Shown here: positions 47,901 to 59,900 of the stretch, in pieces | Position numbering within the stretch: position 1 is the first letter of the stretch | Layout: every line of letters starts with the position of its first letter | NCBI GenBank assembly: GCA_965235115.1 | Contig: OZ249436.1 | Span: 45,138,001 to 45,202,000, forward strand | Length of the DNA: 64,000 nucleotides | Reading direction: 5' to 3' | Source: Laetmonice hystrix | Lineage: Eukaryota | Made by a program: the position numbers and the translations under genes | Notes under the pieces: generated by a model | The model's database searches: none | What the model saw: the letters and a program-made list of their open reading frames with translations, nothing else | Told to the model about the DNA's origin: nothing

Positions 47901-50900
47901 TGCCACAGAGGGAACACATGGCAAATGCTTTCCCTCTTGTAGTTCAAGGAAGGAGAAGGGGAAAAAAAGGCTCCAGTTTAATAGGCTTGTCGTCTGCTGT
48001 ACTTACTGTGGTTTATGCTGCACGCTTGGTTTAACTTTGCCTCATAAACCCGGGTTGTTCTCAGCTTCTGGACTTGGTACTGATGAAGATGTGAGGTTTC
48101 ATGTGATTTTTAAATACTTCCACCTGCAGGCCCGAACTACCTTCCCCCAGGCTCAGGTGTCCTGACCTGAAGGCCCAAACTCCCTTCCCCCAGGCTCAGG
48201 ACCTGCAGGCCGGGACTACCTTCCCCCAGGCTCAGGAGTCCTGACCTGCAGGCCGGAACTACCTTCCCCCAGGCTCAGGAGTCCTGACCTGCAGGCCGGA
48301 ACTCCCTTCCCCAGGCTCAGGAGTCCTGACCTGCAGGCCCGGACCTCCCTGCACCAGGGCAGGAGTCCCGACCTGCAGGCCCGAACTCCCTTCCCCCAGG
48401 CTGAGGAGTCCTGACCTGCAGGCCCGAACTCCCTTCCCCAGGCTCGAGAGTCCCGACCTGCAGGCCCAAACTCCCTTCCCCAGGCTCGAGAGTCCCGACC
48501 TGCAGGCCCAAACTCCCTTCCCCAGGCTCGAGAGTCCCGACCTGCAGGCCCAAACTCCCTTCCCCAGGCTCGAGAGTCCCGACCTGCAGGCCCAAACTCC
48601 CTTCCCCCAGGCCCAGGAGTCCTGGCATAGTGTGTTCTTTGTAGCAGCATGTATTGCATACCGTACATTCCCCCACATTCCAACTGTTCTTTTTCGCCTG
48701 AGAAATAAACTTCAAAGTTTTAAACCATTTTTACTAAAGTAAATGTAGAGCCTCTCATCTTCCACCTTCCAAGTTCCACATCCAGATTCCCTGGAGATTC
48801 CGCTGGGAAAGGATCATTACAATATTTATTATATGTACGCTGGACGCTTACATCTAAAAAGATGGCCAAGGATATATGCTATCGAGATAAAAATGTAAGT
48901 GTGGTATTTTTCGTATCGTACTTGTGCTGATCCAGATGGTTTTGATCCATATCAGATAGCATTGGGGTCGACCTAGAACCAGAGACAGCGTGGTGCATGC
49001 TGGGGGAAGATACAGATTCCAAGGAGCAGGGTAACCTGTGTGGTTATTCCCCTGTGGTACCATCCCCACGGAATGAGGGGGAGGGGCTTCGGGGTTGAGG
49101 GCTGGGGATGGGGATAAGCTTTCTGTGGAGGTCTGGGCGCTGACCGGGAGTAGGGGTCAGGGTTATGTTTCTGTGGAGGTCTGGGGACCGGGAGTAGGGG
49201 TTAGGGTTATGTTTTGGGCTAAGTTTCTGTGGAGGTCTGGGGACCGGGAGTAGGGGTCAGGGTTATGTTTCTGTGGAGGTCTGGGGACCGGGAGTAGGGG
49301 TCAGGGTTATGTTTTGGGTTATGTTTCTGTGGAGGTCTGGGGACCGGGAGTAGGGGTCAGGATTATGTTTCTGTGGAGGTCTGGGGACCGGGAGTAGGGT
49401 TCAGGGTTATGTTTTGGGCTAAGTTTCTGTGGAGGTCTGGGGACCGGGAGTAGGGGTCAGGGTTATGTTTCTGTGGAGGTCTGGGGACCGGGAGTGGGGG
49501 TTAGGGTTGGTTATGTTTTGGGTTATGTTTCTGTGGAGGTCTGGGGACCGGGAGTGGGGGTTAGGGTTGGTTATGTTTTGGGTTATGTTTCTGTGGAGGT
49601 CTGGAGACCGGGAGTAGGGGTCAGGGTTATGTTTTGGGCTATGTTTCTGTGGAGGTCTGGGGACCGGGAGTAGGGGTTAGGGTTATGTTTCTGTGGAGGT
49701 CTGGGGACCGGGAGTAGGGGTTAGGGTTATGTTTCTGTGGAGGTCTGGGGACCGGGAGTAGGGGTTAGGGTTATGTTTCTGTGGAGGTCTGGGGACGGGG
49801 AGTAGGGGTTAGGGTTATGTTTAGGGCTATGTTTCTGTGGAGGTCTGGGGACCGGGAGTAGGGGTTAGGGTTATGTTTCTGTGGAGGTCTGGGGGCCGGG
49901 AGTAGGGGTTAGGGTTATGTTTTGGACTATGTTTCTGTGGAGGTCTGGGGACCGGGAGTGGGGGTTAGGGTTATGTTTTGGGCTATGTTTCTGTGGAGGT
50001 CTGGGGACCGGGAGTAGGGGCCAGGGTTATGTTTCTGTGGAGGTCTGGGGACCGGAAGTAGGGGTTAGGGTTATGTTTCTGTGGAGGTCTGGGGACCGGG
50101 AGTAGGGGTGAGGGTTATGTTTCTGTGGAGGTCTGTGGACCGGGAGTAGGGGTCAGGGTTATGTTTTGGGCTACGTTTCTGTGGAGGTCTGGGGACCGGG
50201 AGTAGGGGTCAGGGTTATGTTTTGGGCTACGTTTCTATGGAGGTCTGGGGACCGGGAGTAGGGGTCAGGGTTATGTTCTGGGCTACGTTTCTGTGGAGGT
50301 CTGGGGACCGGGAGTAGGGGTTAGGGTTATGTTTCTGTGGAGGTCTGGGGACCGGGAGTAGGGGTCAGGGTTATGTTTTGGGCTAGAAATATTGATAAAT
50401 TCTAAGTTTTGTTCTCCGAGTTTCATGGAGATGGGGTCACGGGGGTTATTATACTGTAGCATGCTACATGAACACGCCAGCTCAGCTCAAGGAAACAGTC
50501 AACCCAGCATCCTGAATGACCTGAGTGAGAGTGACCCCGGACGGGCGAACTGGCGAGGTGCTGACAGGTCTGGGCCTCCCATTGGTCCTCTCGTGGAACT
50601 CTCCAGACTCTGGAGGTGTATATATACAGACGACAGATCCGTCGCCCTTGGCGATGAGAGCTCTTCAGACGCTTGAGACATTTTTACGAAACTTGAGGCC
50701 CGCAGGGATGATAGCGATAATGCACACTTGAGCAACTCCTTGCTAGAATTTCACCCACTTGAGCCAGCCACTAGTGGTGCGTTATCATCCCGATAACAGG
50801 GATAATTTAACAGGTTACCGCAGATATCCAACCTATCTTAGAGATAGCAATAAAACAGTGGTGCTGCCCCCTGGTGGGGTGATTTTAACTGTGGTCAGAC

Positions 50901-53900
50901 GGAGAGGGTTGTGATCTGGGGTCAGCCAGAGAGCAGTTGGAATCTGGGGTCAGCCAGAGAGGGTTGTGATCTGGGGTCAGCCAGAGAGGTTGTGATCTGG
51001 GGTCAGCCAGAGAGGGTTGTGATCTGGGGTCAGCCGGAGAGGGTTGTGATCTGGGGTCAGCCAGAGAGGGTTGTGATCTGGGATCAGCCGGAGAGGGTTG
51101 GGATCTGGGGTCAGCCGGAGAGGGTTGTGATCTGGGGTCAGCCGGAAAGGGTTGGGATCTGGGGTCAGCCGGAAAGGGTTGGGATCTGGGGTCAGCCATA
51201 GAGGGTTGGGGTCTGGGGTCAGCCGGAGAGGGTTGGGATCTGGGGGTCAGCCGGGGAGGGTTGGGATCTGGGGTCAGCCAGAGAGGGTTGTGATCTGGGG
51301 CCAGAGAGGGTTGTGATCTGGGGTCAGCCAGAGAGGGTTGTGATCTGGGATCAGCCGGAGAGGGTTGGGATCTGGGGTTAGCCAGAGAGGGTTGGGATCT
51401 GGGGTCAGCCAGAGAGGGTTGTGATCTGGGGTCAGCCAGAGAGGGTTGTGATCTGGGGTCAGCCAGAGAGGGTTGTGATCTGGGGTCAGCCGGAAAGGGT
51501 TGGGATCTGGGGTCAGCCGAAAGGGTTGTGATCTGGGGTCAGCCGGAAAGGGTTGGGATCTGGGGTCAGCCATAGAGGGTTGGGGTCTGGGGTCAGCCGG
51601 GGAGGGGTTGTGATCTGGGGTCAGCCATAGAGGGTTGTGATCTGGGGTCAGCCAGAGAGGGTTGTAATCTGGGGTCAGCCAGAGAGGGTTGTGATCTGGG
51701 GTCAGCCAGAGAGCAGTTGGGATCTGGGGTCAGCCAGAGAGGGTTGTGATCTGGGGTCAGCCAGAGAGCAGTTGGGATCTGGGGTCAGCCAGAGAGGGTT
51801 GTGATCTGGGGTCAGCCATAGAGGGTTGTGATCTGGGGTCAGCCGGGGAGGGGTTGTGATCTGGGGTCAGCCGGGGAGGGTTGTGGTCTGGGGTCAGCCG
51901 GGGAGGGTTGTGGTCTGGGGTCAGCCGGGGAGGGTTGTGGTCTGGGGTCAGCCGGAGAGGGTTGTGATCTGGGGTCAGCCGGGGAGGGTTGTGATCTGGG
52001 GTCAGCCGGAGGGGGTTGTGATCTGGGGTCAGCCGGGGAGGGTTGTGATCTGGGGTCAGCCGGGGAGGGTTGTGATCTGGGGTCAGCCAGAGAGGGTTGG
52101 GATCTGGGGTCAGCCGGAGAGGGTTGTGATCTGGGGTCAGCCAGAGAGGGTTGGAAAACTGAGGAAAACTGGCCGTCCCTGCAAATGCCGGGATAGGACC
52201 TAATTTACCTCAGTCAGAGTTACATGTACCGGTATATACTTATGGGATAATCCTACCCTGTGTATAGGCATGTTCCTTAGGTCATTCCGGAAACTACTAT
52301 TGCAGAGACCTTTAGGAAAACCGTCTATAGTCGACTCCACAAGGTCCAGTCTGGTTGGAATGGACCAGGACATAGCGTATATTAGCATAGGTTTGGTCTG
52401 GCCACCAATCTGAGAAGAAAGGTTGATCTAAATAGCACTGGCTTTGTTCACGGATCATTTCCCTAGACACGACTGGTTTCAACATTTAAATCACTCTAGT
52501 TATAGAAATCCTGAAACTCAAACATGACTAAGCCGTATAATAATTGTGAGCTTCCTGCCAAAATAATCGAGGGCAAAATGAAACAAAATACAATGGAAAC
52601 TCGACTTGTTCCAAGTTTCTGTAGTTTCACTATTTTGCTGTCTGGTCCAATGGTTGTACAAGTCTCATGTATAAAGACAAACGAACCTTGGACACAACAA
52701 TACCAGGCCTGCAGAGCACGCCGCCCGCGGACATCTTGGCATAGACTCCACAGACGGAATGCCAAGCTTGTATGACACGTCTTCAGTAGCTGCTAATGTT
52801 AATACTAGACAGCACCGACACTATATAATTCCTAAAGCCAAATGTAAATCCTTTGAACTCTCAGTTGCCATTCAGGTTCCCAAAATATTTAATGAACTTT
52901 TGAATAGTATAGACCTTAAATGTTCAATACATACCGATAAGAGACACTTATTGGCCCCTTTATTGGAATCACTAGACTAATCTTTTGAACTAACCTTATG
53001 ATGATTCGTATTTATATTTCTACTTTCTCATTATACTCATTATTGATGCTGCAATAGATTTTATTTGTATACATTTTGTATTCTAAGTCTGATAGTTAGA
53101 TATCGAGCTGACATTGAATGGTAGATCATCTGAATTTTACCCCTGGCACATTGGCACTCAAGGATGGTATTGTTTTCACAATGGCCATTCCCCTTGATTC
53201 TGGCAAGTGGAGCTAAATATAGGAGGGGCGTGTCTCTCCCGGGAATATCAGAGCCGTGCCAAGGAACCCCAGGGCCGGTTCTAGAAGGGGGGGGGGGGGG
53301 TTGGGGGTTGCAACCCCCGTTAGAAATCTTGAAAAAAGTCAAATATTCAGGATTTATGAATTCGCCACAATGCAGTGCTTTTTAGTTGGCAAATGAGTAT
53401 AATATAAATGTAATATAAAGTGTTTTTTTTCACCTGTAAAGCTGTTAGGACTCTTTCGCTGGACTACTGCAACCCCCCTTGAAAGGAATCCTGGATTCGG
53501 CCCTGATCTGATTTGATTTTCAGCAGATGGTTCTTGGTAACTAATGCCGTATCATGTAATAGTTTAGCTGGTTGTCCTGATAATACAAGGTTTATTGGAA
53601 CCACTCTGTGTCGTATTGACACTGTGGTGCATGGGGATAGCTGTATGTATACTGTTATCGACTAGCTGTTGCATACTCCAAAAAGGCCCTGATCAGCCAG
53701 ATTCTTTCATGGGGACAGCTGTACATGTAAACTGTTATCGACTAGCTGTTACATACTCCCAAAAGGGTCTGAGCAGCCAGATTCTTTGGGGGGGGGGGGA
53801 AGAGATGACCACCCCTTTACACTACCCCCTTACCCCACCCCAACTCATCAAAGTGGGACTGCACAGACTGCTGCCTACAAAGGGAGTTGTAATCTTAGCA

Positions 53901-56900
53901 TGTCAGAAGATGACAAGAAAAATGACATTGGTAAAACTAAGCCTCGGGCCTTTGATTTCGCTATCTGAGGTAAACTAATTTACTTGTCTACTGGGCCTCA
54001 CGTGGTTTTGATCTTCTTCATGTGGACCTGTTTGACCTTTTCCTGATCGCCTCCCGTCTCATGGTGTGTGTCAAAGTCTGAAACTGGCGCACAGGAAGCA
54101 GAACACGTTTTTATCCGAGTTATGTTTTAAAAGAATGTAAATGATGTGTCCATAAGCTAACAGAAAACCACTTCTGTACCGCACATAGCCATCATGATTC
54201 GTAATATCTTAGAGGAAGTACTGGTCTGCAATTGTATTTAGTGAGACACTGTCCTCAAAGTGGAGAAAATCCAAATCTTGTCAAACACAGCCATGGCTGA
54301 ACGTTAGGTGCTGGTCTTGTAGGTTGCTTTATCTACATGATTATACTAAACCATTATATGTCGACGATTACAGTAATACTAGGGCTACAGTTCAGACGTT
54401 AGTTGTGTTTTTGTGTTGCTGGATGAATATATCGGCTGCGCATAACAATATTGTAGAACTGTGATGTTAAACACTACGCCACAAGCTTCTGAAAAAAACC
54501 CAGTCCTTACATAAGACCAAAATTAAATTGTGTCAAAAATTGCTGTTCCAGACTTAGTCGTTATAACGTCCCACTGGTTTTACTTCAAAATTTCAACAGA
54601 TGTGAAAATATCAAGGTGTTTACTCTTGTAACTAATCAGTGGCTTGTGACATAGATGTTTTGAAATACTTCGTTAAAGTTCGATATTTGAGGGTAATGGT
54701 TTGTGTTCGATGTGTTGCCATGGTTTCAGTCTGCCAGCGTCCAGAATGAAAATCAGTTTGTATTCGAGGGTAATAGTTTGTTTTTCATCTGTTGCCAGGG
54801 TTCCAGTATGGCGGCGTCCAGTTCAGTTACGAGTGTTGGTGTGGCGACCACCTGTCACGTGACAAACGGGTCCCCGAGAGTCGGTGTGACAGCGCATGCG
54901 CCGGGAACAACACCCTCAACTGTGGCGGCTACCTCGCCCTAAACGTGTATCGGACGGGACTTGGCAGTAAGATAATAGATACTACTCCCGGCAGTAAGAT
55001 AATAGATACTACTCTCGGCAGTAAGATAATAGATACTACTCTCTGCAGTAAGATAATAGATACTACTCCCGGCAGTAAGATAATAGATACTACTCCCGGC
55101 AGTAAGATAATAGATACTACTCTCTGCAGTAAGATAATAGATACTACTCTCTGCAGTAAGATAATAGATACTACTCCCGGCAGTAAGATAATAGATACTA
55201 CTCTCGGCAGTAAGATAATAGATACTACTCTCTGCAGTAAGATAATAGATACTACTCCCGGCAGTAAGATAATAGATACTACTCTCGGCAGTAAGGTAAT
55301 AGATACTACTCCGGGCAGTAAGATAATAGATACTACTCTTGGCAGTAAGATAATAGATACTACTCTTGGCAGTAAGATAATAGATACTACTCTCGGCAGT
55401 AAGATAATAGATACTACTCTCGGCAGTAAGATAATAGATACTACTCTCGGCAGTAAGATAATATATACTACTCTCGGCAGTAAGATCATAGATACTACTC
55501 TCGGCAGTAAGATCATAGATACTACTCTCCGCAGGAAGATAATAGATACTACTCTCGGCAGTAAGATCATAGATACTACTCTCTGCAGTCAGATAATAGA
55601 TACTACTCTCGGCAGTAAGATAATAGATACTACTCTCGGCAGTAAGATAATAGATACTACTCTCGGCAGTAAGACAATAGATACTACTCCCGGCAGTAAG
55701 ATAATAGATACTACTCTCGGCAGTCAGATAATAGATACTACTCTCTGCAGTCAGATATAGATACTACTCTCGGCAGTAAGATAATAGATACTACTCCCGG
55801 CAGTAAGATAATAGATACTACTCTCGGCAGTAAGATAATAGATACTACTCCGGGCAGTAAGATAATAGATACTACTCTCGGCAGTCAGATAATAGATACT
55901 ACTCTCTGCAGTAAGATAATAGATACTACTCTCGGCAGTAAGATAATAGATACTACTCCCGGCACTAAGATAATAGATACTACTCCCGGCACTAAGATAA
56001 TAGATACTACTGTCGACAGTAAGATAATAGATACTACTCTCGGCAGTAAGATAATAGATACTACTCTCGGCAGTAAGATAATAGATACTACTCCCGGCAG
56101 TAAGATAATAGATACTACTCTCGGCAGTAAGATAATAGATACTACTCTCTGCAGTAAGATAATAGATACTACTCTCGGCAGTAAGATAATAGATACTACT
56201 CCCGGCGGTAAGATAACAGATATTACTCAGATGGGTTCAGAATTTGGCGGTATTGGAACTAAAGGGCCCTGTCCACTGAGCTTGCGGCCGTGCGATTCCC
56301 CTTGCGACGGTCATGCGATTTTTGATTTAATGGTGGAATTTCACTCTGAAATCTTTCCTGGCTGGCCTTCTCCGTTTCCGGAAATGGGTTCCATCCTTTA
56401 ATCTCAAATTTATAGTAAAATAAAAGGGTGATATCAAAATCGCATGGGCGTCGCAAGGAAAATCGCACGGCCGCAAGCTCAGTGGACAAGGCCCTATCAA
56501 TATTCTGAGCCCCAGCAGTAACCGCTGGGCCCAGTCGACTGACCTTCCCTGCGAAAAACGGTCCCATCCCTGCCCCATCCCCTGCCCCAGCTCCTGCACC
56601 ATTCACTGCCCCATCCCCCGCCCTGCCCCATCCCCCGCCCTGCCCCATCCCCCGCCCTGCCCCATCCCCCGCCCTACCCCATCCCCCGCCCTGCCCCATC
56701 CCCCGCCCTGCCCCATCCCCCGCCCTACCCCATCCCCCGCCCTGCCCCATCCCCCGCCCTGCCCCATCCCCCGCCCTGCCCCATCCCCCGCCCTACCCCA
56801 TCCCCCGCCCTGCCCCATCCCCCGCCCTGTCCCATCCCCCACCCTGTCCCATCCCCTGCTCTGCCCATTTCCCTGCTCTGCGCCCTGCCCTGCCCCAGCT

Positions 56901-59900
56901 CCTGCCCCATCCACTGCCCCATCCCCCGCTCTGCCCATTTCCTGCCCTGCTCTGCGCCCTGCCCCTGCCCCTACCGCTGTCCCAGCTCGGTGCTGACGTG
57001 CCCTCACGTAAGTTTACCCTGGTTTCAGGTAAACCATATGGACGAGCGCTGTACATCCGACCAGAGGACTTGTTACCAACTGAGGTTCCCGCCAGGATTG
57101 TATTCGTGTTGACCATCAATGGGCGGGCGTTCCGACAGGTGAAGAGGTTACTGAAGGCTCTCTACCATACCAGTCACTACTACTACATACACGTCGACTC
57201 TGTAAGTAAAAGTTGGGTCTTATAATGATCAAATCTACCAGATACAAACTGGTGTTTCACTTATCACAGGTTACCGTGTATAAAAAGACGGGGTTCCTTT
57301 TGGTGTCTTAAGAAGGGAAGGAGCTGCCATTATTCACCAATAGTTGTGAGGATACGACTCGGATCTAGCTGATCAACAAGTCCAATCAGTCATATATAGA
57401 AATTTACGTATAGACAGGTAACTGCCGGATCGCCAGGTGGCGCAGGCGAGCGCCTGGTTAATTACTGACAATGCTAACTCAATGCCAACCAATGCCACAT
57501 GCCTGGTTGAAGGGACTGAACACCTTTGGCCGTCATGGCGCTATGGTGTGGTGAGGAGCGCCAGGAGCTGGAGACCGTCACAGCATGCTTGGTTTCACCA
57601 CAGTTCCCCTAGCCTCCCGTTGTCTGCACATAATCTGAGTCATGCTGTGTTTTGATTTATTGCTAGCACTATGAGTACCTTCACCGTGAGCTGGAAGCAA
57701 TTGCTGCCCGGTTCACCAATGTCCACCTAGCCCACCGCCGGCTGTCCACTGTTTGTGGCATGTTCTGATTTGATTGGTTGTGGTATGATTTGATTGGGTG
57801 TGGTGTGTTTTGATCGGTTGTGTTTTGATTGGTTGTGTTGGTATTTGATTGGTTGTGTTATGATTTGATTGGTTGTGTTGTGTTTTGATTGGTTGTTATG
57901 ATTTGATTGGTTGTGTTGTGTTTTGATTGGTTGTGTTATGATTTGATTGGTTGTGTTATGATTTGATTGGTTGTGTTGTGTTTTGATTGGTTGTTATGAT
58001 TTGATTGGTTGTGTTTTGATTGGTTGTGTTTTGATTGGTTGTGTTATGATTTGATTGGTTGTGTCGTGATTTGATTGGTTGTGTTTTGATTGGCAGCGCC
58101 AGGAGTACCTCCACCGTGAGCTGGAAGCAGTCGCTGCCCGGTTCACCAATGTCCGCCTAGCCCCCCGCCGGCTGTCCACCATCTGGGGCGGTGCCAGTCT
58201 CCTCACCATGCTCCTCAGGTGTATGGAGGATCTCGTCAAGATGACTGACTGGAAGTGGGATGTCTTCATCAACTTGTCTGAGTCCGACTACCCCGTCAAG
58301 TGAGTGACTCGCTGGGGTGAGGGTGCGGGGAGGGGGGGTACAACTGGCATCATAATGTTTTTAATTAAAGGCTCTAACATCATCCGAAGTAGTACCCACT
58401 TTTCCCCTAATGATTCTGTGATTCATTCATTTTATTCTGGATTGTGTGTAACAGTAAACATAAAGATATTCTTGGCATTTTAGGGATATATCACCTGCCG
58501 TATTGCTGCCTTATGTTATACCGGTATATGAAAGTTGATATATAATTTGGGGATATATCACCTATTGCTGCCTTATGTTATACCGGTATATGAAAGTTGA
58601 TAATTTTGGGGATATATCACCTATTGCTGCCTTATGTTATACCGGTATATGAAGGTTGATATATAATTTGGGGATATATCACCTTTTGCTACCTTATGTT
58701 ATACCGGTATATGAAGGTTGATATATAACTTGGGGATATATCACCTATTGCTGCCTTATGTTATACCGGTATATGAACGTTGATATATAACTTGGGGATA
58801 TATCACCTATTGCTGCCTTATCTTATACCAGTATATGAAGGTTGATATATAATTTTGGGGATATATCACCTATTGCTGCCTTATGTTATACCGGTATATG
58901 AAAGTTGATATATAATTTTGGGGATATATCACCTATTGCTGCCTTATGTAATACTGATATATAAAGGGTGATTTGGTATTAAATGAATGACCTGAGAATA
59001 AGACTGTATGAATATGCAGTCCGTTTGTTGTGATGTTCACTCACAGAGACCACATGGTCGGAATGCAACCTTATACAGACTTGAATGTATTCACAGATGT
59101 GTCTCATGTTTTAGTCAGGGGCGTGCCTCTCATGTATACATTTCACAAAAGGTTCTAGTGTCTACTTGGTATACATATACACGAGTTGTTTTTTTACCAT
59201 TGTCTCTGTTTCAGACCACTGGAAGACTTGGTGGCCTTCCTGACCCGGTACAAGAATAAGAACTTTGTAAGATCACACGGTCGGGACACCGCCCGGTAAG
59301 TTTGTGTGGGAGAACAGCAAACCTCAGACATCGATTGTTTTAATAACTGACCTTACTTTGTGTACCAATTCGTATATGTACGTCCTAACTATCCCTTTAG
59401 GCGGATATGAAGTTTTTGCCAAAAGGGTAGAAGTAAGTTGGCATTAAAAACATTACGTGTATCTGTATAAACCAAGAGGTATACAATGTCATGGTCCCTC
59501 CTCTACATCTGACCACGTGATTCCTGTTTCCTACAGGTTCATCCGTAAACAAGGTTTAGACAGAACTTTCTATGAATGTGACACCCACATGTGGAGATTG
59601 GGAACTCGGTACTTACCTAACGGTATACGGATAGACGGAGGTAGTGATTGGATCGCACTCAATCACAAGTTCTGCAAGTACCTGATTGAGTCCGAGGATG
59701 AACTACTGACCGGCTTGATGGGGTTCTACAAGTATACACTACTACCCGCCGAGGTAGGGCTCAGGGCTGGCGGTCTTTATATTGGAGTCTCCCTCCTGTA
59801 GCTGTGTTAGTGGCTCACTAAGGCAGAGTGTGATTTCTGTAGATGTGTTAGTGGCTCACTAAGGCAGAGTGTGATTTCTGTAGCTGTGTTAGTGGATCAC

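Noticed and set aside
50392..50735. Overlapping short ORFs as a nested gene
   Set aside because: No recognisable domain or consistent splice chain.
50788..50806. I-SceI-like site (cccgataacagggataat)
   Set aside because: Several mismatches to TAGGGATAACAGGGTAAT and no vector context; chance match.
35056..52203. Gly/Trp/Pro-rich ORFs at about 35, 42, 48, 49 and 51 kb
   Set aside because: Translations of minisatellites with no unique domain or splice support.
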